From Macrostomum lignano (lineage: Eukaryota), in the NCBI GenBank assembly GCA_002269645.1, contig NIVC01000939.1, positions 186,001-250,000 on the forward strand: 64,000 nt of DNA, given 5' to 3'. Numbering within the stretch: the first letter of the stretch is position 1; each line of letters begins with the position of its first letter. Positions 36,101 through 49,921 of the stretch are shown piece by piece. Below the pieces are notes generated by a model that saw only the letters and a program-made list of their open reading frames with translations, did no database searches and was not told the DNA's origin. The position numbers and the translations under genes are program-made.

Positions 36101-39100
36101 GTTGACATGAGATCCCCATTTTATCCCCTTTATCCCCTGGGACCCCAAGGAAGGGAGCCGGATGGGATGTCTCGGCGATTCTAGTCGTCTGGGCCGACAA
36201 GTTATCGATTGCAGTCGGTTTGGGCCGGAGCTGAACTTCGGGCTCCATTCCAGAGCCTTAAGTTGACATGAGATCCCCATTTTATCCCCTTTATCCCCTG
36301 GGACCCCAAGGAAGGGAGCCGGATGGGATGTCTCGGCGATTCTAGTCGTCTGGGCCGACAAGTTATCGATTGCAGTCGGTTTGGGCCGGAGCTGAACTTC
36401 GGGCTCCATTCCAGAGCCTTAAGTTGACATGAGATCCCCATTTTATCCCCTTTATCCCCTGGGACCCCAAGGAAGGGAGCCGGATGGGATGTCTCGGCGA
36501 TTCTAGTCGTCTGGGCCGACAAGTTATCGATTGCAGTCGGTTTGGGCCGGAGCTGAACTTCGGGCTCCATTCCAGAGCCTTAAGTTGACATGAGATCCCC
36601 ATTTTATCCCCTTTATCCCCTGGGACCCCAAGGAAGGGAGCCGGATGGGATGTCTCGGCGATTCTAGTCGTCTGGGCCGACAAGTTATCGATTGCAGTCG
36701 GTTTGGGCCGGAGCTGAACTTCGGGCTCCATTCCAGAGCCTTAAGTTGACATGAGATCCCCATTTTATCCCCTTTATCCCCTGGGACCCCAAGGAAGGGA
36801 GCCGGATGGGATGTCTCGGCGATTCTAGTCGTCTGGGCCGACAAGTTATCGATTGCAGTCGGTTTGGGCCGGAGCTGAACTTCGGGCTCCATTCCAGAGC
36901 CTTAAGTTGACATGAGATCCCCATTTTATCCCCTTTATCCCCTGGGACCCCAAGGAAGGGAGCCGGATGGGATGTCTCGGCGATTCTAGTCGTCTGGGCC
37001 GACAAGTTATCGATTGCAGTCGGTTTGGGCCGGAGCTGAACTTCGGGCTCCATTCCAGAGCCTTAAGTTGACATGAGATCCCCATTTTATCCCCTTTATC
37101 CCCTGGGACCCCAAGGAAGGGAGCCGGATGGGATGTCTCGGCGATTCTAGTCGTCTGGGCCGACAAGTTATCGATTGCAGTCGGTTTGGGCCGGAGCTGA
37201 ACTTCGGGCTCCATTCCAGAGCCTTAAGTTGACATGAGATCCCCATTTTATCCCCTTTATCCCCTGGGACCCCAAGGAAGGGAGCCGGATGGGATGTCTC
37301 GGCGATTCTAGTCGTCTGGGCCGACAAGTTATCGATTGCAGTCGGTTTGGGCCGGAGCTGAACTTCGGGCTCCATTCCAGAGCCTTAAGTTGACATGAGA
37401 TCCCCATTTTATCCCCTTTATCCCCTGGGACCCCAAGGAAGGGAGCCGGATGGGATGTCTCGGCGATTCTAGTCGTCTGGGCCGACAAGTTATCGATTGC
37501 AGTCGGTTTGGGCCGGAGCTGAACTTCGGGCTCCATTCCAGAGCCTTAAGTTGACATGAGATCCCCATTTTATCCCCTTTATCCCCTGGGACCCCAAGGA
37601 AGGGAGCCGGATGGGATGTCTCGGCGATTCTAGTCGTCTGGGCCGACAAGTTATCGATTGCAGTCGGTTTGGGCCGGAGCTGAACTTCGGGCTCCATTCC
37701 AGAGCCTTAAGTTGACATGAGATCCCCATTTTATCCCCTTTATCCCCTGGGACCCCAAGGAAGGGAGCCGGATGGGATGTCTCGGCGATTCTAGTCGTCT
37801 GGGCCGACAAGTTATCGATTGCAGTCGGTTTGGGCCGGAGCTGAACTTCGGGCTCCATTCCAGAGCCTTAAGTTGACATGAGATCCCCATTTTATCCCCT
37901 TTATCCCCTGGGACCCCAAGGAAGGGAGCCGGATGGGATGTCTCGGCGATTCTAGTCGTCTGGGCCGACAAGTTATCGATTGCAGTCGGTTTGGGCCGGA
38001 GCTGAACTTCGGGCTCCATTCCAGAGCCTTAAGTTGACATGAGATCCCCATTTTATCCCCTTTATCCCCTGGGACCCCAAGGAAGGGAGCCGGATGGGAT
38101 GTCTCGGCGATTCTAGTCGTCTGGGCCGACAAGTTATCGATTGCAGTCGGTTTGGGCCGGAGCTGAACTTCGGGCTCCATTCCAGAGCCTTAAGTTGACA
38201 TGAGATCCCCATTTTATCCCCTTTATCCCCTGGGACCCCAAGGAAGGGAGCCGGATGGGATGTCTCGGCGATTCTAGTCGTCTGGGCCGACAAGTTATCG
38301 ATTGCAGTCGGTTTGGGCCGGAGCTGAACTTCGGGCTCCATTCCAGAGCCTTAAGTTGACATGAGATCCCCATTTTATCCCCTTTATCCCCTGGGACCCC
38401 AAGGAAGGGAGCCGGATGGGATGTCTCGGCGATTCTAGTCGTCTGGGCCGACAAGTTATCGATTGCAGTCGGTTTGGGCCGGAGCTGAACTTCGGGCTCC
38501 ATTCCAGAGCCTTAAGTTGACATGAGATCCCCATTTTATCCCCTTTATCCCCTGGGACCCCAAGGAAGGGAGCCGGATGGGATGTCTCGGCGATTCTAGT
38601 CGTCTGGGCCGACAAGTTATCGATTGCAGTCGGTTTGGGCCGGAGCTGAACTTCGGGCTCCATTCCAGAGCCTTAAGTTGACATGAGATCCCCATTTTAT
38701 CCCCTTTATCCCCTGGGACCCCAAGGAAGGGAGCCGGATGGGATGTCTCGGCGATTCTAGTCGTCTGGGCCGACAAGTTATCGATTGCAGTCGGTTTGGG
38801 CCGGAGCTGAACTTCGGGCTCCATTCCAGAGCCTTAAGTTGACATGAGATCCCCATTTTATCCCCTTTATCCCCTGGGACCCCAAGGAAGGGAGCCGGAT
38901 GGGATGTCTCGGCGATTCTAGTCGTCTGGGCCGACAAGTTATCGATTGCAGTCGGTTTGGGCCGGAGCTGAACTTCGGGCTCCATTCCAGAGCCTTAAGT
39001 TGACATGAGATCCCCATTTTATCCCCTTTATCCCCTGGGACCCCAAGGAAGGGAGCCGGATGGGATGTCTCGGCGATTCTAGTCGTCTGGGCCGACAAGT

Positions 39101-42100
39101 TATCGATTGCAGTCGGTTTGGGCCGGAGCTGAACTTCGGGCTCCATTCCAGAGCCTTAAGTTGACATGAGATCCCCATTTTATCCCCTTTATCCCCTGGG
39201 ACCCCAAGGAAGGGAGCCGGATGGGATGTCTCGGCGATTCTAGTCGTCTGGGCCGACAAGTTATCGATTGCAGTCGGTTTGGGCCGGAGCTGAACTTCGG
39301 GCTCCATTCCAGAGCCTTAAGTTGACATGAGATCCCCATTTTATCCCCTTTATCCCCTGGGACCCCAAGGAAGGGAGCCGGATGGGATGTCTCGGCGATT
39401 CTAGTCGTCTGGGCCGACAAGTTATCGATTGCAGTCGGTTTGGGCCGGAGCTGAACTTCGGGCTCCATTCCAGAGCCTTAAGTTGACATGAGATCCCCAT
39501 TTTATCCCCTTTATCCCCTGGGACCCCAAGGAAGGGAGCCGGATGGGATGTCTCGGCGATTCTAGTCGTCTGGGCCGACAAGTTATCGATTGCAGTCGGT
39601 TTGGGCCGGAGCTGAACTTCGGGCTCCATTCCAGAGCCTTAAGTTGACATGAGATCCCCATTTTATCCCCTTTATCCCCTGGGACCCCAAGGAAGGGAGC
39701 CGGATGGGATGTCTCGGCGATTCTAGTCGTCTGGGCCGACAAGTTATCGATTGCAGTCGGTTTGGGCCGGAGCTGAACTTCGGGCTCCATTCCAGAGCCT
39801 TAAGTTGACATGAGATCCCCATTTTATCCCCTTTATCCCCTGGGACCCCAAGGAAGGGAGCCGGATGGGATGTCTCGGCGATTCTAGTCGTCTGGGCCGA
39901 CAAGTTATCGATTGCAGTCGGTTTGGGCCGGAGCTGAACTTCGGGCTCCATTCCAGAGCCTTAAGTTGACATGAGATCCCCATTTTATCCCCTTTATCCC
40001 CTGGGACCCCAAGGAAGGGAGCCGGATGGGATGTCTCGGCGATTCTAGTCGTCTGGGCCGACAAGTTATCGATTGCAGTCGGTTTGGGCCGGAGCTGAAC
40101 TTCGGGCTCCATTCCAGAGCCTTAAGTTGACATGAGATCCCCATTTTATCCCCTTTATCCCCTGGGACCCCAAGGAAGGGAGCCGGATGGGATGTCTCGG
40201 CGATTCTAGTCGTCTGGGCCGACAAGTTATCGATTGCAGTCGGTTTGGGCCGGAGCTGAACTTCGGGCTCCATTCCAGAGCCTTAAGTTGACATGAGATC
40301 CCCATTTTATCCCCTTTATCCCCTGGGACCCCAAGGAAGGGAGCCGGATGGGATGTCTCGGCGATTCTAGTCGTCTGGGCCGACAAGTTATCGATTGCAG
40401 TCGGTTTGGGCCGGAGCTGAACTTCGGGCTCCATTCCAGAGCCTTAAGTTGACATGAGATCCCCATTTTATCCCCTTTATCCCCTGGGACCCCAAGGAAG
40501 GGAGCCGGATGGGATGTCTCGGCGATTCTAGTCGTCTGGGCCGACAAGTTATCGATTGCAGTCGGTTTGGGCCGGAGCTGAACTTCGGGCTCCATTCCAG
40601 AGCCTTAAGTTGACATGAGATCCCCATTTTATCCCCTTTATCCCCTGGGACCCCAAGGAAGGGAGCCGGATGGGATGTCTCGGCGATTCTAGTCGTCTGG
40701 GCCGACAAGTTATCGATTGCAGTCGGTTTGGGCCGGAGCTGAACTTCGGGCTCCATTCCAGAGCCTTAAGTTGACATGAGATCCCCATTTTATCCCCTTT
40801 ATCCCCTGGGACCCCAAGGAAGGGAGCCGGATGGGATGTCTCGGCGATTCTAGTCGTCTGGGCCGACAAGTTATCGATTGCAGTCGGTTTGGGCCGGAGC
40901 TGAACTTCGGGCTCCATTCCAGAGCCTTAAGTTGACATGAGATCCCCATTTTATCCCCTTTATCCCCTGGGACCCCAAGGAAGGGAGCCGGATGGGATGT
41001 CTCGGCGATTCTAGTCGTCTGGGCCGACAAGTTATCGATTGCAGTCGGTTTGGGCCGGAGCTGAACTTCGGGCTCCATTCCAGAGCCTTAAGTTGACATG
41101 AGATCCCCATTTTATCCCCTTTATCCCCTGGGACCCCAAGGAAGGGAGCCGGATGGGATGTCTCGGCGATTCTAGTCGTCTGGGCCGACAAGTTATCGAT
41201 TGCAGTCGGTTTGGGCCGGAGCTGAACTTCGGGCTCCATTCCAGAGCCTTAAGTTGACATGAGATCCCCATTTTATCCCCTTTATCCCCTGGGACCCCAA
41301 GGAAGGGAGCCGGATGGGATGTCTCGGCGATTCTAGTCGTCTGGGCCGACAAGTTATCGATTGCAGTCGGTTTGGGCCGGAGCTGAACTTCGGGCTCCAT
41401 TCCAGAGCCTTAAGTTGACATGAGATCCCCATTTTATCCCCTTTATCCCCTGGGACCCCAAGGAAGGGAGCCGGATGGGATGTCTCGGCGATTCTAGTCG
41501 TCTGGGCCGACAAGTTATCGATTGCAGTCGGTTTGGGCCGGAGCTGAACTTCGGGCTCCATTCCAGAGCCTTAAGTTGACATGAGATCCCCATTTTATCC
41601 CCTTTATCCCCTGGGACCCCAAGGAAGGGAGCCGGATGGGATGTCTCGGCGATTCTAGTCGTCTGGGCCGACAAGTTATCGATTGCAGTCGGTTTGGGCC
41701 GGAGCTGAACTTCGGGCTCCATTCCAGAGCCTTAAGTTGACATGAGATCCCCATTTTATCCCCTTTATCCCCTGGGACCCCAAGGAAGGGAGCCGGATGG
41801 GATGTCTCGGCGATTCTAGTCGTCTGGGCCGACAAGTTATCGATTGCAGTCGGTTTGGCCGGAGCTGAACTTCGGGCTCCATTCCAGAGCCTTAAGTTGA
41901 CATGAGATCCCCATTTTATCCCCTTTATCCCCTGGGACCCCAAGGAAGGGAGCCGGATGGGATGTCTCGGCGATTCTAGTCGTCTGGGCCGACAAGTTAT
42001 CGATTGCAGTCGGTTTGGGCCGGAGCTGAACTTCGGGCTCCATTCCAGAGCCTTAAGTTGACATGAGATCCCCATTTTATCCCCTTTATCCCCTGGGACC

Positions 42101-45100
42101 CCAAGGAAGGGAGCCGGATGGGATGTCTCGGCGATTCTAGTCGTCTGGGCCGACAAGTTATCGATTGCAGTCGGTTTGGGCCGGAGCTGAACTTCGGGCT
42201 CCATTCCAGAGCCTTAAGTTGACATGAGATCCCCATTTTATCCCCTTTATCCCCTGGGACCCCAAGGAAGGGAGCCGGATGGGATGTCTCGGCGATTCTA
42301 GTCGTCTGGGCCGACAAGTTATCGATTGCAGTCGGTTTGGGCCGGAGCTGAACTTCGGGCTCCATTCCAGAGCCTTAAGTTGACATGAGATCCCCATTTT
42401 ATCCCCTTTATCCCCTGGGACCCCAAGGAAGGGAGCCGGATGGGATGTCTCGGCGATTCTAGTCGTCTGGGCCGACAAGTTATCGATTGCAGTCGGTTTG
42501 GGCCGGAGCTGAACTTCGGGCTCCATTCCAGAGCCTTAAGTTGACATGAGATCCCCATTTTATCCCCTTTATCCCCTGGGACCCCAAGGAAGGGAGCCGG
42601 ATGGGATGTCTCGGCGATTCTAGTCGTCTGGGCCGACAAGTTATCGATTGCAGTCGGTTTGGGCCGGAGCTGAACTTCGGGCTCCATTCCAGAGCCTTAA
42701 GTTGACATGAGATCCCCATTTTATCCCCTTTATCCCCTGGGACCCCAAGGAAGGGAGCCGGATGGGATGTCTCGGCGATTCTAGTCGTCTGGGCCGACAA
42801 GTTATCGATTGCAGTCGGTTTGGGCCGGAGCTGAACTTCGGGCTCCATTCCAGAGCCTTAAGTTGACATGAGATCCCCATTTTATCCCCTTTATCCCCTG
42901 GGACCCCAAGGAAGGGAGCCGGATGGGATGTCTCGGCGATTCTAGTCGTCTGGGCCGACAAGTTATCGATTGCAGTCGGTTTGGGCCGGAGCTGAACTTC
43001 GGGCTCCATTCCAGAGCCTTAAGTTGACATGAGATCCCCATTTTATCCCCTTTATCCCCTGGGACCCCAAGGAAGGGAGCCGGATGGGATGTCTCGGCGA
43101 TTCTAGTCGTCTGGGCCGACAAGTTATCGATTGCAGTCGGTTTGGGCCGGAGCTGAACTTCGGGCTCCATTCCAGAGCCTTAAGTTGACATGAGATCCCC
43201 ATTTTATCCCCTTTATCCCCTGGGACCCCAAGGAAGGGAGCCGGATGGGATGTCTCGGCGATTCTAGTCGTCTGGGCCGACAAGTTATCGATTGCAGTCG
43301 GTTTGGGCCGGAGCTGAACTTCGGGCTCCATTCCAGAGCCTTAAGTTGACATGAGATCCCCATTTTATCCCCTTTATCCCCTGGGACCCCAAGGAAGGGA
43401 GCCGGATGGGATGTCTCGGCGATTCTAGTCGTCTGGGCCGACAAGTTATCGATTGCAGTCGGTTTGGGCCGGAGCTGAACTTCGGGCTCCATTCCAGAGC
43501 CTTAAGTTGACATGAGATCCCCATTTTATCCCCTTTATCCCCTGGGACCCCAAGGAAGGGAGCCGGATGGGATGTCTCGGCGATTCTAGTCGTCTGGGCC
43601 GACAAGTTATCGATTGCAGTCGGTTTGGGCCGGAGCTGAACTTCGGGCTCCATTCCAGAGCCTTAAGTTGACATGAGATCCCCATTTTATCCCCTTTATC
43701 CCCTGGGACCCCAAGGAAGGGAGCCGGATGGGATGTCTCGGCGATTCTAGTCGTCTGGGCCGACAAGTTATCGATTGCAGTCGGTTTGGTCCGGAGCTGA
43801 ACTTCGGGCTCCATTCCAGAGCCTTAAGTTGACATGAGATCCCCATTTTATCCCCTTTATCCCCTGGGACCCCAAGGAAGGGAGCCGGATGGGATGTCTC
43901 GGCGATTCTAGTCGTCTGGGCCGACAAGTTATCGATTGCAGTCGGTTTGGGCCGGAGCTGAACTTCGGGCTCCATTCCAGAGCCTTAAGTTGACATGAGA
44001 TCCCCATTTTATCCCCTTTATCCCCTGGGACCCCAAGGAAGGGAGCCGGATGGGATGTCTCGGCGATTCTAGTCGTCTGGGCCGACAAGTTATCGATTGC
44101 AGTCGGTTTGGGCCGGAGCTGAACTTCGGGCTCCATTCCAGAGCCTTAAGTTGACATGAGATCCCCATTTTATCCCCTTTATCCCCTGGGACCCCAAGGA
44201 AGGGAGCCGGATGGGATGTCTCGGCGATTCTAGTCGTCTGGGCCGACAAGTTATCGATTGCAGTCGGTTTGGTCCGGAGCTGAACTTCGGGCTCCATTCC
44301 AGAGCCTTAAGTTGACATGAGATCCCCATTTTATCCCCTTTATCCCCTGGGACCCCAAGGAAGGGAGCCGGATGGGATGTCTCGGCGATTCTAGTCGTCT
44401 GGGCCGACAAGTTATCGATTGCAGTCGGTTTGGGCCGGAGCTGAACTTCGGGCTCCATTCCAGAGCCTTAAGTTGACATGAGATCCCCATTTTATCCCCT
44501 TTATCCCCTGGGACCCCAAGGAAGGGAGCCGGATGGGATGTCTCGGCGATTCTAGTCGTCTGGGCCGACAAGTTATCGATTGCAGTCGGTTTGGGCCGGA
44601 GCTGAACTTCGGGCTCCATTCCAGAGCCTTAAGTTGACATGAGATCCCCATTTTATCCCCTTTATCCCCTGGGACCCCAAGGAAGGGAGCCGGATGGGAT
44701 GTCTCGGCGATTCTAGTCGTCTGGGCCGACAAGTTATCGATTGCAGTCGGTTTGGGCCGGAGCTGAACTTCGGGCTCCATTCCAGAGCCTTAAGTTGACA
44801 TGAGATCCCCATTTTATCCCCTTTATCCCCTGGGACCCCAAGGAAGGGAGCCGGATGGGATGTCTCGGCGATTCTAGTCGTCTGGGCCGACAAGTTATCG
44901 ATTGCAGTCGGTTTGGGCCGGAGCTGAACTTCGGGCTCCATTCCAGAGCCTTAAGTTGACATGAGATCCCCATTTTATCCCCTTTATCCCCTGGGACCCC
45001 AAGGAAGGGAGCCGGATGGGATGTCTCGGCGATTCTAGTCGTCTGGGCCGACAAGTTATCGATTGCAGTCGGTTTGGGCCGGAGCTGAACTTCGGGCTCC

Positions 45101-45772
45101 ATTCCAGAGCCTTAAGTTGACATGAGATCCCCATTTTATCCCCTTTATCCCCTGGGACCCCAAGGAAGGGAGCCGGATGGGATGTCTCGGCGATTCTAGT
45201 CGTCTGGGCCGACAAGTTATCGATTGCAGTCGGTTTGGGCCGGAGCTGAACTTCGGGCTCCATTCCAGAGCCTTAAGTTGACATGAGATCCCCATTTTAT
45301 CCCCTTTATCCCCTGGGACCCCAAGGAAGGGAGCCGGATGGGATGTCTCGGCGATTCTAGTCGTCTGGGCCGACAAGTTATCGATTGCAGTCGGTTTGGG
45401 CCGGAGCTGAACTTCGGGCTCCATTCCAGAGCCTTAAGTTGACATGAGATCCCCATTTTATCCCCTTTATCCCCTGGGACCCCAAGGAAGGGAGCCGGAT
45501 GGGATGTCTCGGCGATTCTAGTCGTCTGGGCCGACAAGTTATCGATTGCAGTCGGTTTGGGCCGGAGCTGAACTTCGGGCTCCATTCCAGAGCCTTAAGT
45601 TGACATGAGATCCCCATTTTATCCCCTTTATCCCCTGGGACCCCAAGGAAGGGAGCCGGATGGGATGTCTCGGCGATTCTAGTCGTCTGGGCCGACAAGT
45701 TATCGATTGCAGTCGGTTTGGGCCGGAGCTGAACTCCGGGCTCCATTCCAGAGCCTTAAGTTGACGTCCCCT
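33178..45772. mobile_element. Foldback/MITE-like element whose right arm is expanded into a satellite
   Basis: The left terminus AGGGGATGTCAACTTAAGGCTCTGG and right terminus CCAGAGCCTTAAGTTGACGTCCCCT are inverted repeats; the left arm 33178-33341 is an inverted monomer; unique spacer 33342-33427. No clear target-site duplication. Confidence 0.75.
33428..45765. repeat. 161-bp satellite array, ~76 copies
   Basis: 161-bp period throughout (also visible as 161-bp-spaced identical ORFs); only a handful of variants seen. Confidence 0.99.
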
Positions 45773-47582
45773 TAGGGTGTCTTATAATCAAAGCTCAAAG
45801 TCTGTGCCCGAATGTTTAACTCGACTCAACTTCTCATGCATGACACCTAACGTAAATGCCTAGATGTACCTTTGCTGCTTGAGCATATGGATAAAGACTG
45901 TAGATAGCAAAGCCGCGATGAGGCAAGCGACCATTCCGCTGACCCCTGAGCGGATGCGTACTACGCGAGTACGCGCTTACACATGGTGTACATGCAGCAG
46001 CCTTGACTTTCTCGTTGCAGGAATGCTTTTGCTTGGCCCTTCTACGTCTTGTTAAGAATCGCCCAAGCCTTAGGCAAAATTTTGTGAACGAGCGCCCAGG
46101 TAATGTGGGCCTCGCAAGAATTCAAACCCGCTGGTGACTTTGGCCTTGGGGGGGGGGGTCGGACTCTGGCCTGCTCAGCCCCACAAGCTGCTTGAAAAAA
46201 GAATTGGTATTCTTGAAAATTACTTAGTAATCGCACCGAGGATCCCAGTGAAAGTAATGTTTGAAAGCAAACTACTTTAACGCATAACGTTTAATACAAA
46301 TTAAGCATAATTTTATTATCAGTACGTATAGGATAGGGGCCGCGGGTGATGTAAATATATGACCCTGATTTGGAAACTGACATATGTGGGTTACGCAGCC
46401 AATTGGCGATCTTATGCAGCAGCCAGCGATCAGTTCCGCTGTTCAAAAAAATATCGAAAAATTCTGCGGCCTAAGCTTAAGATCAGGTTTAATCTGTATT
46501 AGACAACTGTTGTGACCGATAGGATGCACTAATTGTGCAGGAAAGCCAATTAACGTATGTTTTTCGCAGATGGCTACATCATAGCCGGGCAAAAGCTTTC
46601 TATTTGAAAATGAGGCGAGGCTGGTATTACAGCAAGTGGACGTCGGCAACGCGGGAATTTAGGACATAGAATACGAGCTTCAATAGAACGCATAGGAACG
46701 CTTGGGCTTGAACACATACTAAATTACAACATCAGCTGCTGAAATCATTCTTTGTAGACCCATATGAATAAAATAATGGGTTGCAAGGAAAGCTTTCAAA
46801 CATATCATCTGTGAGTTCAATGACCTAAGTTCATGTCAGGGTATAAGCTAGAAGTAGGAGATGCCGAATCAAAAGACTGTGTAGTATCGGCAATAATAAT
46901 AATCTGCGAGTTTTTCAATTCGTAGCAAGATAACTAACCAACTGCATGCATTTTCTAGCGCTTTTTGAAGAAAATATTTTTGGAGAAGTTTTGCTTGTGA
47001 GAAGAAGGTAACCTTATGGTGACTTATGATTATGAAGAAAAATCCGGTTGTTTTAAGCGGGCATTTTAATTTCGAAACCAATTATAGCCAAATTGTATTT
47101 TTAAAAGTGAATGTAAAAAGTTTAAACAAAAAGAAATCAATAAAGAAACGAATCGACTTATACATTGAAACTATATAAGTTTATATGTGATGAGTATACA
47201 TTTTAAAAAGTAAATCTAGACTTTTAATCAGCTCGATTTGTAGATTTTAGCATTTTGTACTTCTTTCAAAAGAATAATTTTATGTCATCCTGGGACCGAT
47301 CCCTCCGTGGGAATTTCTGGTGGGAACTGTCAGATTTTTCTGTTACGATCGTATTCAATATATTATATTCAATAAAAATTCATCATTATATTACCAGTGA
47401 ATACATTTTCAAAATTCAGGTTGTTTTTCTTTTTTTTCGAATTGTGACTATAAAGTCTGTACAGAATAGTACAAGTAATGCACATAATTGTGCCTTTTAT
47501 TTTAGGAGCTAGGAGGCGTATAAACGCGGGAAACTTGACATTACCGCGCCGCTTAGTGTGTTAGCCAGTGCCCAGTGGCTCA

Positions 47583-47930
47583 GGGGGGCCGTAGCCCAGC
47601 GGTCTAGCGCAGGCTCTGGTGTGCCAGCGACCAAGGCTCGATTCCAAGTGCAGTCACATTAATTTGGGGCTGAATTGGAATCTCGGCTTGGCTCTGCTCA
47701 TGCAATTAACGGCCTTGAGAGCCAACCCCCAAGGCACAGTGAAGTGTACATGCCTAATGATAAAATAAAGTTAGGGCCGCTGTACACTCCTGTGTGAGTG
47801 TGTGCCTGTGTACATATCTGCGCGCTTATAGCCTATACTAGCTATAGGCCTATGCCTGCTCAGGCCTCAGGGGAGTCAGTGGAGTGGGCAGTAATGCCTC
47901 TCGCCGGTTGTATGTTGATGTCGCTTAAAG
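47583..47930 (+). mobile_element. tRNA-derived SINE-like element, copy 2
   Basis: GGGGGGCCGTAGCCCAGCGGTCTAGCG...GGCTCGATTCCAAGTGCAGTC; colinear with 10082-10353 apart from two insertions. Confidence 0.7.
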
Positions 47931-49921
47931 TGTGCCAGGGTGCACACAACCCCCCTGCCTCTAATAATAAATAGCCAGTAGCTTAGATAGGAGTCCGTGA
48001 GCCTGGGCAAATTGGGGTAAGGCCTAGGCCTATTACAATTTCATGTAGCCCCCCCCCCCCTATTCAAATTTGAACAAGTCAAGATTTCATACTTGTGCAA
48101 TTAAAATAAAAAGCAATCAATAATGTGGCAGTGAAATTGTTTTCAATAATTATATCTAGGCCTATTCTAGGTTCAGGCATGCCATGCGAGGGGTGGGGCA
48201 ATGGTAGAGGGCCTAGGCCCTAACACCAGGGCAAAATCTGATTTTTTGGATAGAGAAGCCAAATGGCAAAACAAAAAATATAGACATAGACCAAATGATC
48301 TGATATAATTTCATTGAAATTTTGGGAAGGCAATGCTTGCAGCTCTCTAAACAATTAAATTATTAGGCAGGCAATTACCTAACTGGCCATCTTGCCCTCA
48401 TGATTTCTGGCTCTTTTGCATCTGCCTAGGTTATTAAACCTATAGTAGGGATTAGTTAGCCTTTTAAAGCCAAATTAATAGCCTAGCCAAATTTTTCAAG
48501 GGCTCACAGGCTAATAACATAAGTGAAAAACCTTATTTGCATGATGTCACTGATGTCAGTCTAAACCAATAGTTTTTTGTTTGTTTCATTTGTTTCTGTT
48601 TTTTCTGGGCTTTAAACACAATGGGAATAAGAAATATAAAAGAAAAACAAAAGATAAAAAGGTAAAATGAAAGGCACATGACCAAAATGGCCAGATACCA
48701 AGATAGCCACAGCTCTATATCTAAATAGATAATAAGCCTAGTTCTATATATTTCATTCATTTCCTATTGGTAGTAATTAGGGAAATAGATGCTATAAGAT
48801 ATTATATTGGAATTGTTGGCTATCCTGCAGAATTGTTTGTTAAATTCACTGTATGTATATTTTTTAACTATTGATATGAAACTTTCCAAAAATGAATGTT
48901 TTCATTATGCCAACATTTTAGAAATGTTTAGAAGTGTCCATATTTGTTAGTTCAAAGGCTGGACCTAGATGAACCTCTTGAGGTGGCATAATCTATGTTA
49001 GGGTAGAAGGTTGTTCACTAGCCATTTTTAAGTGAAAAGCACTTTATTTGCAGTATTTGTAGCTTAGCAGCGCCCCTCTCCTTAAAGCCCCAGAGTTCAT
49101 AACTAATTTTGGTCATAGACATAATTTTTGCCAGTGACATCAGTGCATAAATTCAAAATTGCATAGGCCTAATTGTTAATAGTTGTTGAATTTTGGAAAA
49201 ATCTAGAAAAAACCAAGAAATTGCCAAGAAACCAAGAATTTAAATTACAACCCTCACAAATAGAATTTTAATACTGAAACACTTCTAAAATGTTAGCATA
49301 ATGAAAGTATTCATTTTTGGCAAGTTTCATGTCAATAGATAAAAAATGTACATACAGTGAATTTAACAGACCATTCTGCAGGATAGCCAAATTGTTAATG
49401 TATTTTATTATAATCATTCCCTTTGGCTTTAGCTTTTATTGTAGCCTGACCTATACTATATATAGATATTTATTCATTACATAAAGCAAGTAGCCTAGCA
49501 CAAAATAAATACACTTTTGCATATTTATCCCAATTTTTACATAGAATTACAAGTAGCAATGGTATTATTCAGTAAATAACAAAAATCAAATATAAGGATT
49601 GCTGTATTAGGCATTTAAAAAGAAGGATGAAAACGGTTGATAATAATTATAGATAAGAAAGGTATTCTACTTTGCTTAACTTCTTGAAGCTTTTATAGTA
49701 TAAAATATTGACTTTAATGACTTGCATATACTAAATGGGGCCAAATTGGTAAAAGTAATTAAAGAAAAAGTGCAATTCACTTGATATATAGAAATTATGA
49801 TAGTGTAGGGCAAGCTGATACCTTATCAGAGTGATTTTGATGCTTACAGACATTTGTAAATTATAGTATGAGTAACCCTGCTCTATCCCACAGCTCACAG
49901 CTGCTCAGCTCACAGCTACTC

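Noticed and set aside
33218-45746. Dozens of identical 122-aa ORFs (MEPEVQLRPKPT...)
   Set aside because: Artefact of the 161-bp period; no recognisable domain, and the unit is not a multiple of 3.
33428-45765. Ribozyme in the satellite monomer (hammerhead or HDV-like; GCCGGATGGG...CGGCGAT resembles the HDV 3' half, and a C(UUCG)G hairpin is present)
   Set aside because: No CUGANGA/GAAA core on either strand and no matching P1, P2 or L3 partners for an HDV fold. An Infernal/Rfam scan would be decisive.
33126-45832. AACTCGACT(G/C)AACTT direct repeat on both flanks of the satellite element (33126, 45818)
   Set aside because: About 40-45 bp away from the termini, so not a target-site duplication; may be chance.
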